Made by a program: the position numbers and the translations under genes. Shown here piece by piece: positions 1 to 15,173 of a stretch of DNA of 64,000 bases. The notes beneath the pieces were generated by a model that did not search any database, was not told where the DNA came from, and saw nothing but the letters and a program-made list of their open reading frames with translations. Source of the stretch: Macrostomum lignano (lineage: Eukaryota). The stretch lies in NCBI GenBank assembly GCA_002269645.1, contig NIVC01002451.1, positions 1 through 64,000 on the forward strand, given 5' to 3'. Numbering within the stretch: position 1 is the stretch's first letter; every line of letters starts with the position of its first letter.

Positions 1-272
1 CAGTGTCTAATTGTTGTCTGTCACTCCAGTGTCTGTTGTCTGTCACTCAGTGTCTGTTGTTCTGTCACTCCAGTGTCTGTTGTCTGTCACTCCAGTGTCT
101 GTTGTCTGTCACTCCAGTGTCTGTTGTCTGTCACTCAGTGTCTGTTGTCTGTCACTCCAGTGTCTGTTGTCTGTCACTCCAGTGTCTTTGTTGTCTGTCA
201 CTCCAGTGTCTTTGTTGTCTGTAACTCCAGTGTGGTAAGTGTGTCACTCCAGTGTCTCCATCTGTCACTCCA
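1..272. repeat. Minisatellite, ~22-bp unit CAGTGTCTGTTGTCTGTCACTC (inside the RasGAP intron)
   Basis: Tandem copies read directly; runs off the window start. Confidence 0.95.
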
Positions 273-397
273 GCTTCTTCTTGACACTCTAAGGTATTAT
301 TAACAATCTATCTAACGATAAACAATCCCCCTATAATCTAAAGCCCATTCCACAATAATAGGATTGCAAGTTAATAAAAGTACAACACGTCCCGCAG

Positions 398-1992
398 GCG
401 CCCCGTTTGGCGGCAAGGAGGCCTACATGAGCTTCATGAACCGCTTCCTGGCAGATCACGCGTCCAGTATGCGCCAGTTCGTGCGCGGCTCACCGCCCGC
501 CGCCGCAGTCCCCCACGCCGCCGCCGCCGCCGCCGGCGGCCCCGCCACAGGCGTCTCTGTCCTCCTCCTCATCCTCGGTCGCCTCCACTGACGCGGCGTC
601 GGCCGCCTCGGCCGTGCTTGTCGACGCCGGGTTCGAGCTGGCCCAGCTGCACTGCCTGCTGTCCGCCGCGCTCAGCCAGATGGAGCAGGCCGAGCCGGGA
701 CTGCTGGCCAGGGAGCGCTGCTTGGCCAAGGTGGCCGCTCACCTGGCCGAGGTCACCAGGTGCTTGCGGTTCAACTGCCCTCCCAGCAGCAGCAGCAGCG
801 ACCGCAGAAGCAGCAGCAGCAGCCACCTCCAGAAGACTGGGTCTACAGCAACGCTAACGAATACGATTCTGATTTGCAGCAGCAGCAGCAGCAGCAGAAG
901 CAACAGCAGCAGAAGCAACAGGCCAGAACCAATCGAAAAGCCAATAGTCGGCATCAACGCCCTCCACCGCCGACTGAGTCTCTGCCGCCGCCGCCGCCGC
1001 CGCTTCCTCCGGCTGCAACAGCAGCCCAGGCCGCCGCGGCGGCGAAATGCTCTCCAGCCAGCGTCCAGGAGGACTGGCAGCGGGTGCTGGAAGCCGCCAG
1101 AGCCGCGGTCACCACGGCTTCAACAACCGGCAGCAGCGGCTATCAGAGCTGCCGCACCGCGCCGTCCCCGGTGCAGTTTCTCAATCCCACGTATCAGAAG
1201 GCCGGCTCCGGCCACCTGCCCACCCTGCAGTCCCGCCCATCCTCGGCCAGCAGCGAAGCCGCTGCCGCTGCTGATATTGAAACAGCTGAAGGCGCCTACG
1301 ATATCGAGGCCGACGATGAAGTCGGCATTGACGATAACGAGGCTGCTGAGGAGGACGAGGAGGAAGTGCCGGTCGCCGCTTCGCCGTCGCCCCGCTGCTC
1401 GCCGCTGCCTGCCGATGACGTCGGCGAGGAGGTCGGCGACTGCTCCGACGAATTGATCGACGAGCAGCGGGACCGTCAGCTGGCTGTCGAGGTGGCCGCG
1501 GCCGCCGCTGCCTACCAGCGCCAGCAGCAGGCATCGGCTACGTCGACTTCGACGTCAACAAAAGCGTCGGCCGCGTCGACAGCCTCGGCGACGTCCTCGA
1601 CTGCTGCCGGGCAGCAGCAGCAGCAGCAGCCGCGAGTTCGCATGGGCGTCAGCTCCGTGTCCGCCTACCGGGAGCGGAAGCAGCAACAGCAACTGCAGCA
1701 GCAGCCTCCGCCATCCGCTGACTACGAATCCGAGCTCTCGCAGCTGCACCTGGAGCTGCTGCACACCAGGCAGAGGCTGGAGGCTACCGAGGCTCGCCTA
1801 AGACTTAACGAGCAGGAGAAGCTGCAGCTCATCGCCGATGCCAGACAGCGGGTTGGCGAGAGTCAAGCTGCCGCCGCCGCCACCGCTGACCCGATGGACA
1901 GCCAACTGCAGCATCAGCAGCAGCTGCAGGCCATCCTTGACCGGTTGAACAGCCTGGAGTGCGACGTCCGCAATGGTCAGCAGGAGTGCTGA
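398..1992 (+). CDS. Terminal coding exon of a DAB2IP/SynGAP/RASAL2-like Ras GTPase-activating protein (end of GAP domain, low-complexity linker, C-terminal coiled coil); 3 apparent single-base frameshifts
   Basis: Acceptor CCGCAG ends at 397. FGGKEAYMSFMNRFL..MRQF and VDAGFELAQLHCLL match the RasGAP helices FGxKExYMxFMNxFL and IDLGRELSxLH. The C-terminal ESELSQL..QRLEATEARL..LQAILDRLNSLE resembles the DAB2IP/SynGAP coiled coil. Frame switches near 487, 497 and ~775 each need +1 base; with these, 1598-2=1596 nt =532 codons to TGA at 1990-1992. Confidence 0.8.
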
Positions 1993-2179
1993 CTGATCAG
2001 CATTCTCACCTGTCCTGTTGTTGTTTTTAATCTTCTGCATGATTGTGTTTTTAAAGTCCCGAAAACTAGTTGGCGTGCAATTTTATATTTTATGATTGCC
2101 TGTTGCTTTCGGTTGCTCTGTGCGTGGTGTTCATACAATTCGAACAAAATCTGCTTGGTTGTCCTCAATTTTCCTCAAT

Positions 2180-2675
2180 AACCGACGGGATATCCCCTCA
2201 ATGACCGATTAAATTCCCACTTAATAATTAATGAAATTTCCCCTCAATAATTAATGGGATTTCCTTCCATAGTCAGTGGGATTTCCTTCAAAATCGATAG
2301 GATTTTACCTTAAAAAACCGATGGGATTTCCCTTAGTAACCGATGGGTTTTCCCTCAATAACCGATGGGATTTCCCTCAATACCCGATGGGATTTCCCTC
2401 AATAACCGATGGGATTTCCCTTAGTAACCGATGGGTTTTCCCTCAATAACCGATGGGATTTCCCTCTATAACCGATAGGATTTCCCTCAATACCCGATGG
2501 GATTCACCTCAATACCCGATGGGATTTCCCTCAGTAACCGATGGTATTTCCCTCAATACCCGATGGGATTTCCCTCAATAACCGATGGGATTTCCCTCAA
2601 TACCCGATGGGATTTCCCTTAGTAACCGATGGGATTTCCCTTAGTAACCGATGGGTTTTCCCTCAATAACGGATG
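2180..2675. repeat. Minisatellite, ~22-bp unit AATAACCGATGGGATTTCCCTC
   Basis: About 20 tandem copies, degenerate at the left end. Confidence 0.95.
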
Positions 2676-3222
2676 GTATTATTCACGAAAAGGCTCGCGC
2701 ACGCAATCCTGGCATCATTCAAACCAAATTCAAGCCAGCTCGGCCTAGTCCATTATTTCTATGTTTTGTTTTTTTAAAGCGTAGGCATTTTCCTAGGATT
2801 GAAACTAATCTTAATTAGAATGCTTTATTGTGTGTCTGTCGCATCACTGTTGCGCCCAGCATATGCCACTGGAGAGGCATAGAGTTTATTTATATCTCTG
2901 TCTATGCTTAGTTCAGCTGCGTGAGACTGACTGCATTATTGTATATCGCTATTTTTCATTTCCAACACGTTTATGCCATGCGGTGTGCAATTCTAATGCA
3001 TCTCTCGCCCCCCCCCTGTCACTCATTACAGCAAACTGCCTTATAAGACTATTTACATGTATTGTCTGTCCATCTCTCTCTCTCGGTTGCTTGTGATAAG
3101 CTTCTAATTTTATTAGTTTGGTTTGTTGTTTGTTTGTTGTGTCTGAAGCTGGATTCTACCTGTGCTTGTGTTTGAGCATCTTAGCTGTTATCGAATATTA
3201 GATCGTTATTTTGAAATGCAGA

Positions 3223-3612
3223 GATCTCATATCCAGGGCTTGAGATCTCCCGGAGGTTAAGAGAAGAGAGATCTCATGAGTGAGATTCTACCGAAGTAGA
3301 GAGATCTCATGGGAGAGATTCTACCGAAGTAGAGAGATCTCATGGGAGAGATTCTACCGAAGAAGAGAGATCTCATGGGAGAGCTTCTGCCGAAGTAGAG
3401 AGATCTCATGGGAGAGCTTCTGCCGAAGAAGAGAGATCTCATGGGAGAGATCCAACCGAAGCAGAGATATCTCATGAGTGAGATTCTACCGAAGTAGAGA
3501 GATCTCATGGGAGAGATTCTGCCGAAGTAGAGAGATCTCATGGGAGAGATTCTGCCGAAGTAGAGAGATCTCATGGGAGAGATTCTGCCGAAGTAGAGAG
3601 ATCTCATGGGAG
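3223..3612. repeat. Minisatellite, 33-bp unit GAGAGATCTCATGGGAGAGATTCTRCCGAAGTA
   Basis: About 11 tandem copies; source of the RFYRSREISWE pseudo-ORFs. Confidence 0.95.
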
Positions 3613-3647
3613 AGGTTCTTCCTAAGTTTTAGGGAAGATACTTATCA

Positions 3648-3650
<3 letters not shown>

Positions 3651-3729
<79 letters not shown>
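3651..3729. repeat. (AG)n microsatellite
   Basis: Pure AG run. Confidence 0.99.
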
Positions 3730-3731
<2 letters not shown>

Positions 3732-5995
3732 AGGGGTGGATATTCCAAATTGACTTCAACCCCAGAATCCACGGTTGGGTGGGATCTCTGGAGTAGACAA
3801 GCTATCTTTAGAGCCTTCAAGTTCTAATTCATCGTAGTATTTTTCGGTTAGTAAAGTAATATTCGATACATATCGTCACACGAAACATTAATTCTGTTTA
3901 ATTTTCCAGCCCTATGCAAGGCTAACAGTCTATTAATTCTGCAGAGCTTTCCGTATAAAGACTTTGTCGCTTCTTTGGCATTGACATTTGAATTGGGCAA
4001 AGTCAGATTTATGCTCAAATTGCATAAATACAAATAGTTCAATATGTCAATCGCGTGTGCTGCTTAAATTTGTCTTTACAATCGTTTGTTGCTAGGTGGT
4101 TTATTATCATTGTAATATAAATCGGTCTATTAATAATCCAGTGTTTTAATTCTGTCTGCATCTGTGTTTTTAATGCTTTCTTATGCTGCTGGTACTTTTT
4201 TCTACCAGAGGAAAACCTATGTCTGCGGTTTTACACGAGTTAAAAAAGGTGACGAAAAAGATTTACCTGCTGATATTTTATGTTTACAATTGAGACTGTT
4301 CGAGAATTTGCACAATGACTGATGCGAATGCCTATATATTATTATCTTATAAATATATTCGCTTATTGAATATATGCTGATTGTGTATTTGTTGCCAGAT
4401 TGTCGCTTGCTATGAAAATATATGCTGCTTGAATTCAAGCGGCTTGTTTCATTTATTGTTTTAGCTTTACGTGAAGTGCACTACTTAATAAGTAGTAAGT
4501 AAGTAGTTGTACGTTTCTCCTTGGCATAGATTGGCACGTGGTGCATTGAATTAAAGCCATTAACGACTGAGGCTGTCTATACTACTGACCAACTTCATCA
4601 GTAGCAAGTTGGCTAGCGGTTGTTAAGGCGTCGTTTTTTGTCCAACCACTGTGGGCCGGTCCTCTGCCCCTCCCCAACTTTGGAATTTGTACAGTGGAAC
4701 CGCTGGGGTAGGGGGGTCACGCGCGCCCGAGGGGGTGTAAAGTAATAAAATTTGCTCGTGTCTCTCTTGCCTGGCTGCAGTGCAGTGTACTCAGCGTTGC
4801 CCTTGGATACGGAGGTAAGAAGAGCAGAGATAGTCGGAAGAGGGTGGGAGTTATGCGCTCTGCTGTGCGGCCCAGGAGAGAACAGTGGGGGGGGGAATTG
4901 CCCGGCTCCTTCGGAGCAGCATGTTTTGTAAGCAAATTCTGCTTCATCCATGGAGACCGGCCAGGGGACTCACGTCACCTGCTCTCACCCAGCCCATCCC
5001 CAGCAACCGGGAATTCCCTTCGGCCTGCCCCCTACCGCATGCTCAGGCATGGCTCCGTCTCTATGGACTATGTGGGTGATTGAAATTAAGGGAAAACTCA
5101 ATAATATATATGTTCTGTCTGGTCCCTCTGAAGTTTCTGAGGGATCAATCATAGTAAATATGTAATATATTTGTTCCTATAGATTCTGTTAGAAAGTTAT
5201 CATTTCAACAAAAAATTTGCGCTTTTTAAATATAGGTCGATAAAGCAGACAGAATTGTATCGGCACACGCAGTTACATTACATGATAGAAAATATCAATG
5301 CATTCGAAATTGTTTTTTTCAAACAAACGTTTTTTAACATTAGCTGGCACGTATACAGATTTATGCATATAATATACATGCCTATATATATCTCCTGGCT
5401 TTAACACTGTCTGAGCCCGAAAAATCAAATTCACAAGCCAGGTGTTATAACTAATCGACTGAAATATTTGTCCCAACGGTGCCTGTCAGCATAGCAGGTA
5501 GTAAAAATGAAGCATGCAATTAGCCAAGAACTGGACAATTTTATTAAGAAACAATATCAGAGTCAGGTTAATCCTGACAAAGATAAGCCAAGCCACGCTT
5601 ATGCAGCCAGCTTAAGCGATAATCCTTTACGTTCTGAATTACAGGTATAAAAGACAACAGGCCAGAGACAAAGCGGGAGAATGAGAGGACAGGACATTAG
5701 AGATATTTTAAACAATAATGTAATTTTGCATTCCCTAAGCTTGTTCTGGTTGTTATTGTTTAATTACATTCAGCCATCGAATTCCGCGATCCTAATAAGC
5801 TAGACTTTTCTATCATCATACGGTAAATTAAGTTACTCCATAAGTTATATTGAAGCATGCCAACAATTGTCATTAATAACAGTGGAATGGCGTGAATGCA
5901 CGATTAACGAGCTTGGGAGGCGGGGCTGGGAAGCGGGACAGGGAGGGGAAGTCGGGGGATTCAGAAGGGCATTAGGGGATGGCGAGGGGCGGGGT

Positions 5996-7413
5996 TCAGA
6001 CAGCCTGCTGCTGCGTTGCCGCCGGCAACTTGTCGCCGGACTTCTGGCCGCCAACAGGCAGGAAGAGCTTGAACTCGGCTGGCAGTTCGTCCTCGGTGTA
6101 GAGCCGGTCGGAGAAGTACACCCGCCTGATGCGGCAGTTCGCATGGATCTGCAAGTTAATCGCCGGCTTAGGGGAATTAACTCTCTGACTAACCGGATGT
6201 AGAGTGTTTTCAACAGGCTAAGTCTCAGATTAGAAGCTCTAACCTGGATTCGCAGAGTCTCGATGTAGTTGGTGCCGTAGGCTCGCCTGGTGAAGTCTGA
6301 CAGGTTGAACTGGATCTGGTTCCAGCCCTCGTCCAGCCGCATCGGCATGGTGCAGATGAACGGCTTCACCCGGGTGGTGCTCTGGTAATTGGAGGCTCGG
6401 AATCGGCGCCTGACGTTCTTGTCGTCCAGGATCTGTTGGCAAGTAAACAATCAGTGTTTATTTGTTTTTTTTCGAATGCGCTAGGCGTTTCCTGCTTAAC
6501 AAAATACCCACCCGAATTCATGGATTAATTTAATTACCTGCACTTCGAAAGTGAAGTACTTCTTCAGATTTTTAATGATCATAACGAGGAACGGCAATTT
6601 GATTCCCAGAGTCTTATCCGATTCGGCTGGGCACGTGATGTAGGTTGTGCTGACGTTGGTGCCAACAATCTCCAACACAAGCGATTGGATGTCGTTGTCT
6701 GTGATGCGCTTGATGTGGCCATTTCTGACCTGCAGTGTTAGGGAAGGAATTTCAAAGGGCATGTAAGCTTATGAGCCCATTTAAATACTTTTATTTTGAC
6801 AAATTTTGATGCTAGGCCAACTGAATTTAATTATGTTAAATCTTTAAATTATCAGAAAGTTAAAACCTCATCTGATAGGTATACTCATGATCTACTTGTA
6901 TTTGTTTCAAGTTTCTCCTAATTTTGAATTGAAAAAAATTAAGTTTTTTGCATTTAGTATGTCTGAAATGAACAGATCCAAAAATAGGAGAGTAACTGAA
7001 AATTCTAAGCTGTTAGCTTATGCAATATGATCTTAAAGTTTACAACAACTTTTAGTACGATTGAAATTTTATGTTTAATGAAGCTATACAGCTTTTTATC
7101 AATGTATTGAAATTTACTATATGCAGTTCTCTACCTATAGGCTATAGCTACATGTAGTTACGTTACATCTTGACCATGCCAACTCAAAAATAGAAATTAA
7201 CTTGCTTCCTTTAGTATATCATTAGTTAATAACATTGTTGAATTGAAATTGGCTAAATATAAGGAAGATTGTAATGCAACTACGAGGAAACAGCATAGAG
7301 GATTATCAAAATGAAATATGAAAATTTACCTGCTTGGTCCAAATCTGCAAAGGTTTGCTTCCAATACTATATAATACTGAAAGAAATCCGCTCTGGAAAG
7401 TATCCTTGAACAT
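5996..7413 (-). CDS. CFAP20: Cilia- and flagella-associated protein 20 (BUG22/GTL3/C16orf80), 205 aa; exons 7413-7330, 6729-6538, 6432-6244, 6148-5996
   Basis: Spliced translation [28 protein letters not shown]|[34 protein letters not shown]...FTFEVQ|[42 protein letters not shown]...ETLRIQ|[31 protein letters not shown] is nearly identical to vertebrate CFAP20. Three GT-AG phase-0 introns (600, 105, 95 bp); TGA at 5996-5998. Confidence 0.98.
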
Positions 7414-7563
7414 TTCGATGCAGGTTTTGTCAGGACACTGCTTAAAAAAAAACTGGCTGGCTTGGGTGGACGGAGAAGTGTCGTGCGAGCGTTTTAAAGG
7501 TTTAATAAATTCAACTCTTCTTAAGAATTTAAAAGCCCGCCGTTGTAGTCAATGGTTTCGTTG

Positions 7564-7595
7564 GTTGCTATTCGGTACAAGAATATGCGTTGCTA
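7564..7595 (-). promoter_or_regulatory. Two RFX half-site-like TAGCAAC motifs 150-180 bp upstream of the CFAP20 ATG
   Basis: GTTGCTA at 7564-7570 and 7589-7595. Ciliary genes are commonly RFX targets, but there is no full X-box match. Confidence 0.25.
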
Positions 7596-10216
7596 CATAA
7601 AGTAGTTCTAATCGAAATATCAAAAAGTTTAGCTACACTTTATAGCTTTTATCCACAAATTTTGCATTTTTATATTACATAGTAAGGTGAACTGTTGTCT
7701 TAGCGCTTTTACGCTTTAAAAATGTATACATTTTTATTTTAATGCACCCAATTAAAACGGTAATTATTCCGGAAGTCTTATAATTAATGAAAAAATGCAA
7801 AAGCAAGGGATCGATCCTCATGGCAAAATTTAGAATAGAACAGCATGCTGCTTTTTGTACTTTTAGTAGTGCACCTAATTCTTCCTAAATGAAGTAGGCT
7901 TAGAATTACAAACTTGGATGTTGACTTTAACCGCTTTAAAAGTTTTAAAGATTTCAAAAAGGAGTACAAAAGCTGTACATAGGACGACACTCATAGGATG
8001 TCAGAAAGACTTATGTAGGCTACAGTGTATTTCTCTCCTGAAAGTACAGTATATGTATTGGCGACGTCTATAGCTTTTAATTGTCTCTTAACAGTTATAG
8101 TTCTATTACTGTTCGTCCTTGGTTTTTTTCCCCCAAATCGCGGCTAATTTTAAATACCAAATAGAACTACTTACAGATTATCTGTACATGTACTTTCCAT
8201 GCACACATACTTTTGTCAATATTAAAGTTCAAAGAATATTTAAACATAGAATTTTTAAATTACAAGACAAATTACATGTACATGTAGCCTGAAAACGCAA
8301 CTCTTAGAATTAGAGTTCGCTGATCGATCTCTGGCATGCACATGTACCTGCATGCAATATTTTTGTGTTTTTGTTGTTTCCAGATCAAGAGCTAGCGTTG
8401 TCACCGGGGTGCAGTGAGGGGCATGTCCACCAAGTTAAAGCTGTGGGGGGGGGGGGCACGCAAATGCAGCCCCCCCTACTTTGTGACAGTCTCAAGGTTT
8501 TAACAGCTTAATGACCAAAAACATTTAAAACCTTGTACAGATTTGGAATCCTGAATTTTTCTCAGGTCATCCAACAAAGGACTGCCTACGGTGCTGAAAT
8601 GAGAGTCTGCGGCGTTTATAGCGATTGAGCCGGCGGCGCCAAAATGAGTATTAGATGCTGTTATCTCATGGTCGCTTGTGGCACCAAATTAGTACATGTA
8701 CATATACTTAACAATTCACTGGTTATTGTGTCCCCCGCCATAAAACATTTAAATGGATCACATGTAACAGCGCACCTGTTCCACATTCGGGCATGAATTG
8801 AGATTTTTGTTTCGAGTTTTAGATCGAAAAAGATATCGAAAAGGGGGAGAAAAGAGCTAAAATTGCTACTGCCATTCCTTGGATGTTGCGTACACAATAT
8901 GTCGATTGCTAATGGACGTCACACAGGGGAGAAATGTAATAACATTTACATGTTAAGAGAAAAGCGAAGATTTCGTGTGCAGAATTTACATATATGTACT
9001 GCTGGTTTAAAAAATCTGAAACTTTGAGAGAAGGTCTTAGGCCTAAAAAAAGGTAACACAAGAGTTGTGTGTATGTACGAGCGTACTATATACAATGCCG
9101 TGTAAAACGCAAATTGTGAAAATTTCCAAAATTTTAAAGCAAGATGTCTTCCTGCTCCCATGGCCTCAATGTTCAATGCATGCGGCTGGCTGCAGGACCC
9201 GGCCCAGTCCTGCCTCTCCGCTCAAGTACCACTGTATTATGTATACGTCTGTATATACACTGTATATGTGAGACACAGTATATATGAGACACTGTACGTA
9301 TATACAGTTGTCTTTGTCTCCGCTTTCCTCCAATCGAAAACTATAGAAAAGAAATTTGTTTACCAGTATAAGTCAATGCAGTACAGCTACTTACAGTAGA
9401 GCTATTTGCGCATTTTTTTGCCAATCGTTCAATAGTGTAAATAAATTGTTTAAAATTAAAAGTGGATTTGACAAAAATAATATGTTTTACCACTTCATAG
9501 TAAAATACAAAACTTTTTGAGTATTACCGGTCTGTTTCTGTACGAGATTTACGGATTGTGCAGAATTAATTCAAGTTTAGTGAGCCTGATTGTAGGCGCT
9601 ACGAAAACGAAGGTTTTTGACTTGTGTGTGGCCCAGTTATGTAAAAAAATTAGGCTTGATTAATGATTTCTTTATCGCTTCTCGGCCTTATTGGCTAAGA
9701 TCAAAGTGTAGTTTCTGTTCTTTAGAGATTAATTCCTCTAACGTAGGCCATTGGTCTACTAAGTAATTAATCCGGTTTTTGATGAGTCGGGCCAGTGCTT
9801 CGTGTTCACACGACCTGGTCCACGCGTAGGCCTTGCGCTGCAGTACAGCAAGGATCTGCGCATCTAATAAATTTAAAATAATGAAGGTTGGATATACAAA
9901 GCCTTTCATTGAATCAAGGCCAGTAAATTTGAAGCTTTGCGGAAAGTCGTATTAAAGTTTGAAACTGCACTAGGTCAGTCAGCTAGTCATTCATACAGCT
10001 AGCTAGAGAAAGTCAGTTTCTTGCTCTCGAATTGAGTCTGAGTTATATGGATGGACAATGGCAATTGACAATGTATAGCTTGCTTTTGACCGGGAGAACC
10101 TACAATGCATGCGTATAAAATCAGACACTTTAAACTGCTATTTGATTGCATTTATAGTGAGTATAGTCCGAGAGGTATCAACACTCATGCTTGTTAAACG
10201 TCTCTTGAGAATGAGA

Positions 10217-10873
10217 GGGTGAGACAGTGGGTGACAGGGTGAGACAGTGGGTGACAGGGGTGAGACAGTGAGTGACAGGGGTGAGACAGTGAGTGACAGG
10301 GTGAGACAGTGGGTGACAGGTGTGAGACAGTGGGTGACAGGTGTGAGACAGTGGGTGACAGGGTGAGACAGTGAGTGTCAGGGTGAGACAGTGGGTGTCA
10401 GGGTGAGACAGTGGGTGTCAGGGTGAGACAGTGGGTGAGACAGTGGGTGACAGGGTGAGACAGTGGGTGACAGGTGTGATACAGTGAGTGACAGGGTGAG
10501 ACAGTGAGTGACAGGGAGAGACAGTGAGTGACAGGGTGAGACAGTGGGTGTCAGGGTGAGACAGTGGGTGACAGGTGTGATACAGTGAGTGACAGGGTGA
10601 GACAGTGGGTGACAGGTGTGATACAGTGGGTGACAGAGTGAGACAGTGGGTGACAGGGTGAGACAGTGGGTGACAGGGTGAGACAGTGGGTGACAGGGTG
10701 AGACAGTGAGTGACAGGGTGAGACAGTGGGTGACAGGGTGAGACAGTGGGTGACAGGTGTGATACAGTGAGTGACAGGGTGAGACAGTGGGTGACAGGTG
10801 TGATACAGTGGGTGACAGGGTGAGACAGTGGGTGACAGGGTGAGACAGTGGGTGACAGGGTGAGACAGTGGGT
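10217..10873. repeat. Minisatellite, 20-bp unit GTGAGACAGTGGGTGACAGG (copy 1)
   Basis: About 33 tandem copies. Confidence 0.97.
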
Positions 10874-11632
10874 GGCTAACCACAATGGCTCGACAGCAGT
10901 ATAAAGCTTTCAATGGCATCAATCAATCAGCCTTCTCTTCCTTTATGCATATTTTGCTACAACAAATATTCACCTCATCAGCGCTGCGGTCTCCTGGGCC
11001 CCCGCGGCCGCCGCCGACTCTCAATGCACGCAGGTCCTCGCTTAATTTGTATGGAAATTCAAATTGGGCCGTGGGACCCGCGGGGCCACAGGTCAGCAGC
11101 CCCGGCAGCCGCTGACCCCTTGACCCCTGCGACTTCTCAAGCGGGATCTCTGGTGGGGACTCAGCATCCCGGGGTCGGTTCGTGCGTGCTTTTTCTTCCA
11201 ACAGTGAAATTCAATTTTCAGGGGCGGGAGCAAAGGGAAGGAGAGTGCTTTTGAAGATTCCCCGCTTCCCTTCTCTGGCTGATCCCATGGGAGGAGTTCA
11301 TTCGAGCCAGCGCTGCGGGTTGGGAAAAGCGAAAGTTGGGCTAAAAATGATTTAACAGCAACGAGAGGAGGCTGGCTCTGCATCGATACAGTAGCGATTG
11401 AGGTGGAGGAGAATTGTGTAACTACTCCAGTTCTTAGGGAGAAATATCCCCAAGAGACAAGTTTCCCGCATTAAGTGAGTGAAGGGGGAAGAATTGGAAA
11501 CGAAAAATTTGCTTAGGAATTGAAAACATTCCTGCGAGAGCTTTCACTGAGAGTGGATGCCTTCGCAAATGGATTCGTCAGGGGCGCTTGGGGTGGCCGA
11601 TCTAGCGATTTGATAGATATCTCTGAGGCATG

Positions 11633-13552
<1,920 letters not shown>

Positions 13553-14296
13553 GCAGGCAAAGCTGTGCAGTAGTTGACAACCAACTGCAGCCATTGGCAT
13601 TAGTTTTGCTAGCTATTATATATTTGCACGAACAGCTCACAGTAGCTCAACAAAATTTATTTATTTATAAAATTGGGTCACGTGATGCAGCAGCAGAGCG
13701 GATTACTGAGGGCTAAAATTGGTAACCAAATCGGGGGTAAAAAATTGCAACACTTGGATTAGCGCTGAGAGACAGTTAATTCAGGTTTGTGGCTAGAAAA
13801 GATCCCTGAGGCAAAAATCATGGCTGACAATGAACCTTTGGATTCCAGCATGGATTGCACAGTTGCGCAACCATTGTTTGTCTGCATGGCTAGCAAAATC
13901 TGCTCAGCCTGTGTTTTTGGTCTCAAAGTCAGTTTGGGGAAGAAATTAAGCAACATTTCAATCAAAGGTTGTGTGGATTTACAGGACAGAAGAGCAAAGG
14001 AATTCAACTGTAAAACAGCTGCAATCAGGTGTGTAAAGGGGAGCAACAGCTGACAGACAATGATCATAGCTCGTACAAGAGAGTTCGGTCTTTGAGACGC
14101 AAAAGGCTGAGGACAAGGAAATGTACAAATAAACATTAAAAACTGTTTGTTCAGTAATAAAAAAGTAGAAAACATTAGTGGTGGAATTGAACACGGCACC
14201 TACACAAGTGTTATGCTAATTACTGGTATTATTAAATAGATCGCCAATGCGTGTCCAGCTACTTGCAGTAGCGATAACAGCTCCTGCAATCCGCCG

Positions 14297-14784
14297 CTAG
14301 GGCAGAACCGGCCTGCAGACTCTGCGCCCGTCGCCAAGGCAGTTGAAGGCGTCGGCGAATCCCGGGAGTCGCGCCAGCAGGCGGCCGACGCGGTCAGGCA
14401 GCGGCCCCGCCCGGCCCCACCGGTGCCCCGGCACCGCCTTCTGGCAGTACAGCTGGCTGACCGACACGAAGAATTCCCGCCTGGCTGCTGGAAATGCCGG
14501 TGATGTCGGAGATGTCATTCTCAGCGCCGCGGCGGCCGCGGTGAACTCGACGAAGTCTCGACGGACGGTTGCCGTCTCGGCGTCCAGACAGTCGGCAGCT
14601 GAGCGGTTCAGGGCGGCTGGCGGCGCCTGGGCGGCGGCCCGGCTGGCCAGCTCGTAGGCCAGCAGGAAGTCGAGCTGGCGCGGCCGCGGCAGCAGCGCCG
14701 GCAAGTAGAAGGCCAGCGGATACGGGAACCGGCGCCCCTGGTCGTCGAGGGCGTCACGGAAGAATCGCGGCGGCAAAGGCGGCG
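14297..14784 (-). pseudogene. Duplicated 3' fragment (~160 codons) of the M13-like gene; fused at the junction to an in-frame ATG at 14821
   Basis: Same sequence as 20114-20600 apart from one extra C; reads ...REFFVSVSQLYCQ...RVGRLLARLPGFADAFNCLGDGRRVCRPVLP*. Confidence 0.85.
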
Positions 14785-15173
14785 TAGGCCTTGCGCTGCA
14801 GTACAGCAAGGATCTGCGCATCTAATAAATTTAAAATAATGAAGGTCGGACTTACAAAGCCTTTCATTGAATCAAGGCCAGTAAATTTGAAGCTTTGCGG
14901 AAAGTCGTATTAAAGTTTGAAACTGCACTAGGTCAGTCAGCTAGTCATCCATACAGCTAGCTAGAGAAAGTCAGTTTCTTGCTCTCGAATTGAGTCTGAG
15001 TTATATGGATGGACAATGGCAATTGACAATGTATAGCTTGCTTTTGACCGGGAGAACCTACAATGCATGCATATAAAATCAGACACTTTAAACTGCTATT
15101 TGATTGCATTTATAGTGAGTATAGTCCGAGAGGTATCAACACTCATGCTTGTTAAACGTCTCTTGAGAATGAG

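Noticed and set aside
9688-9909. 73-aa ORF with a faint hAT-transposase-like LVDQWPTLEE segment
   Set aside because: Too short, and no TIRs or other motifs could be confirmed.
13759-14199. 146-aa minus-strand ORF, duplicated at 19576-20016
   Set aside because: TTG start, no recognisable domain, and it lies in the probable 3'UTR of the M13-like gene. The identity between copies is explained by the duplication.
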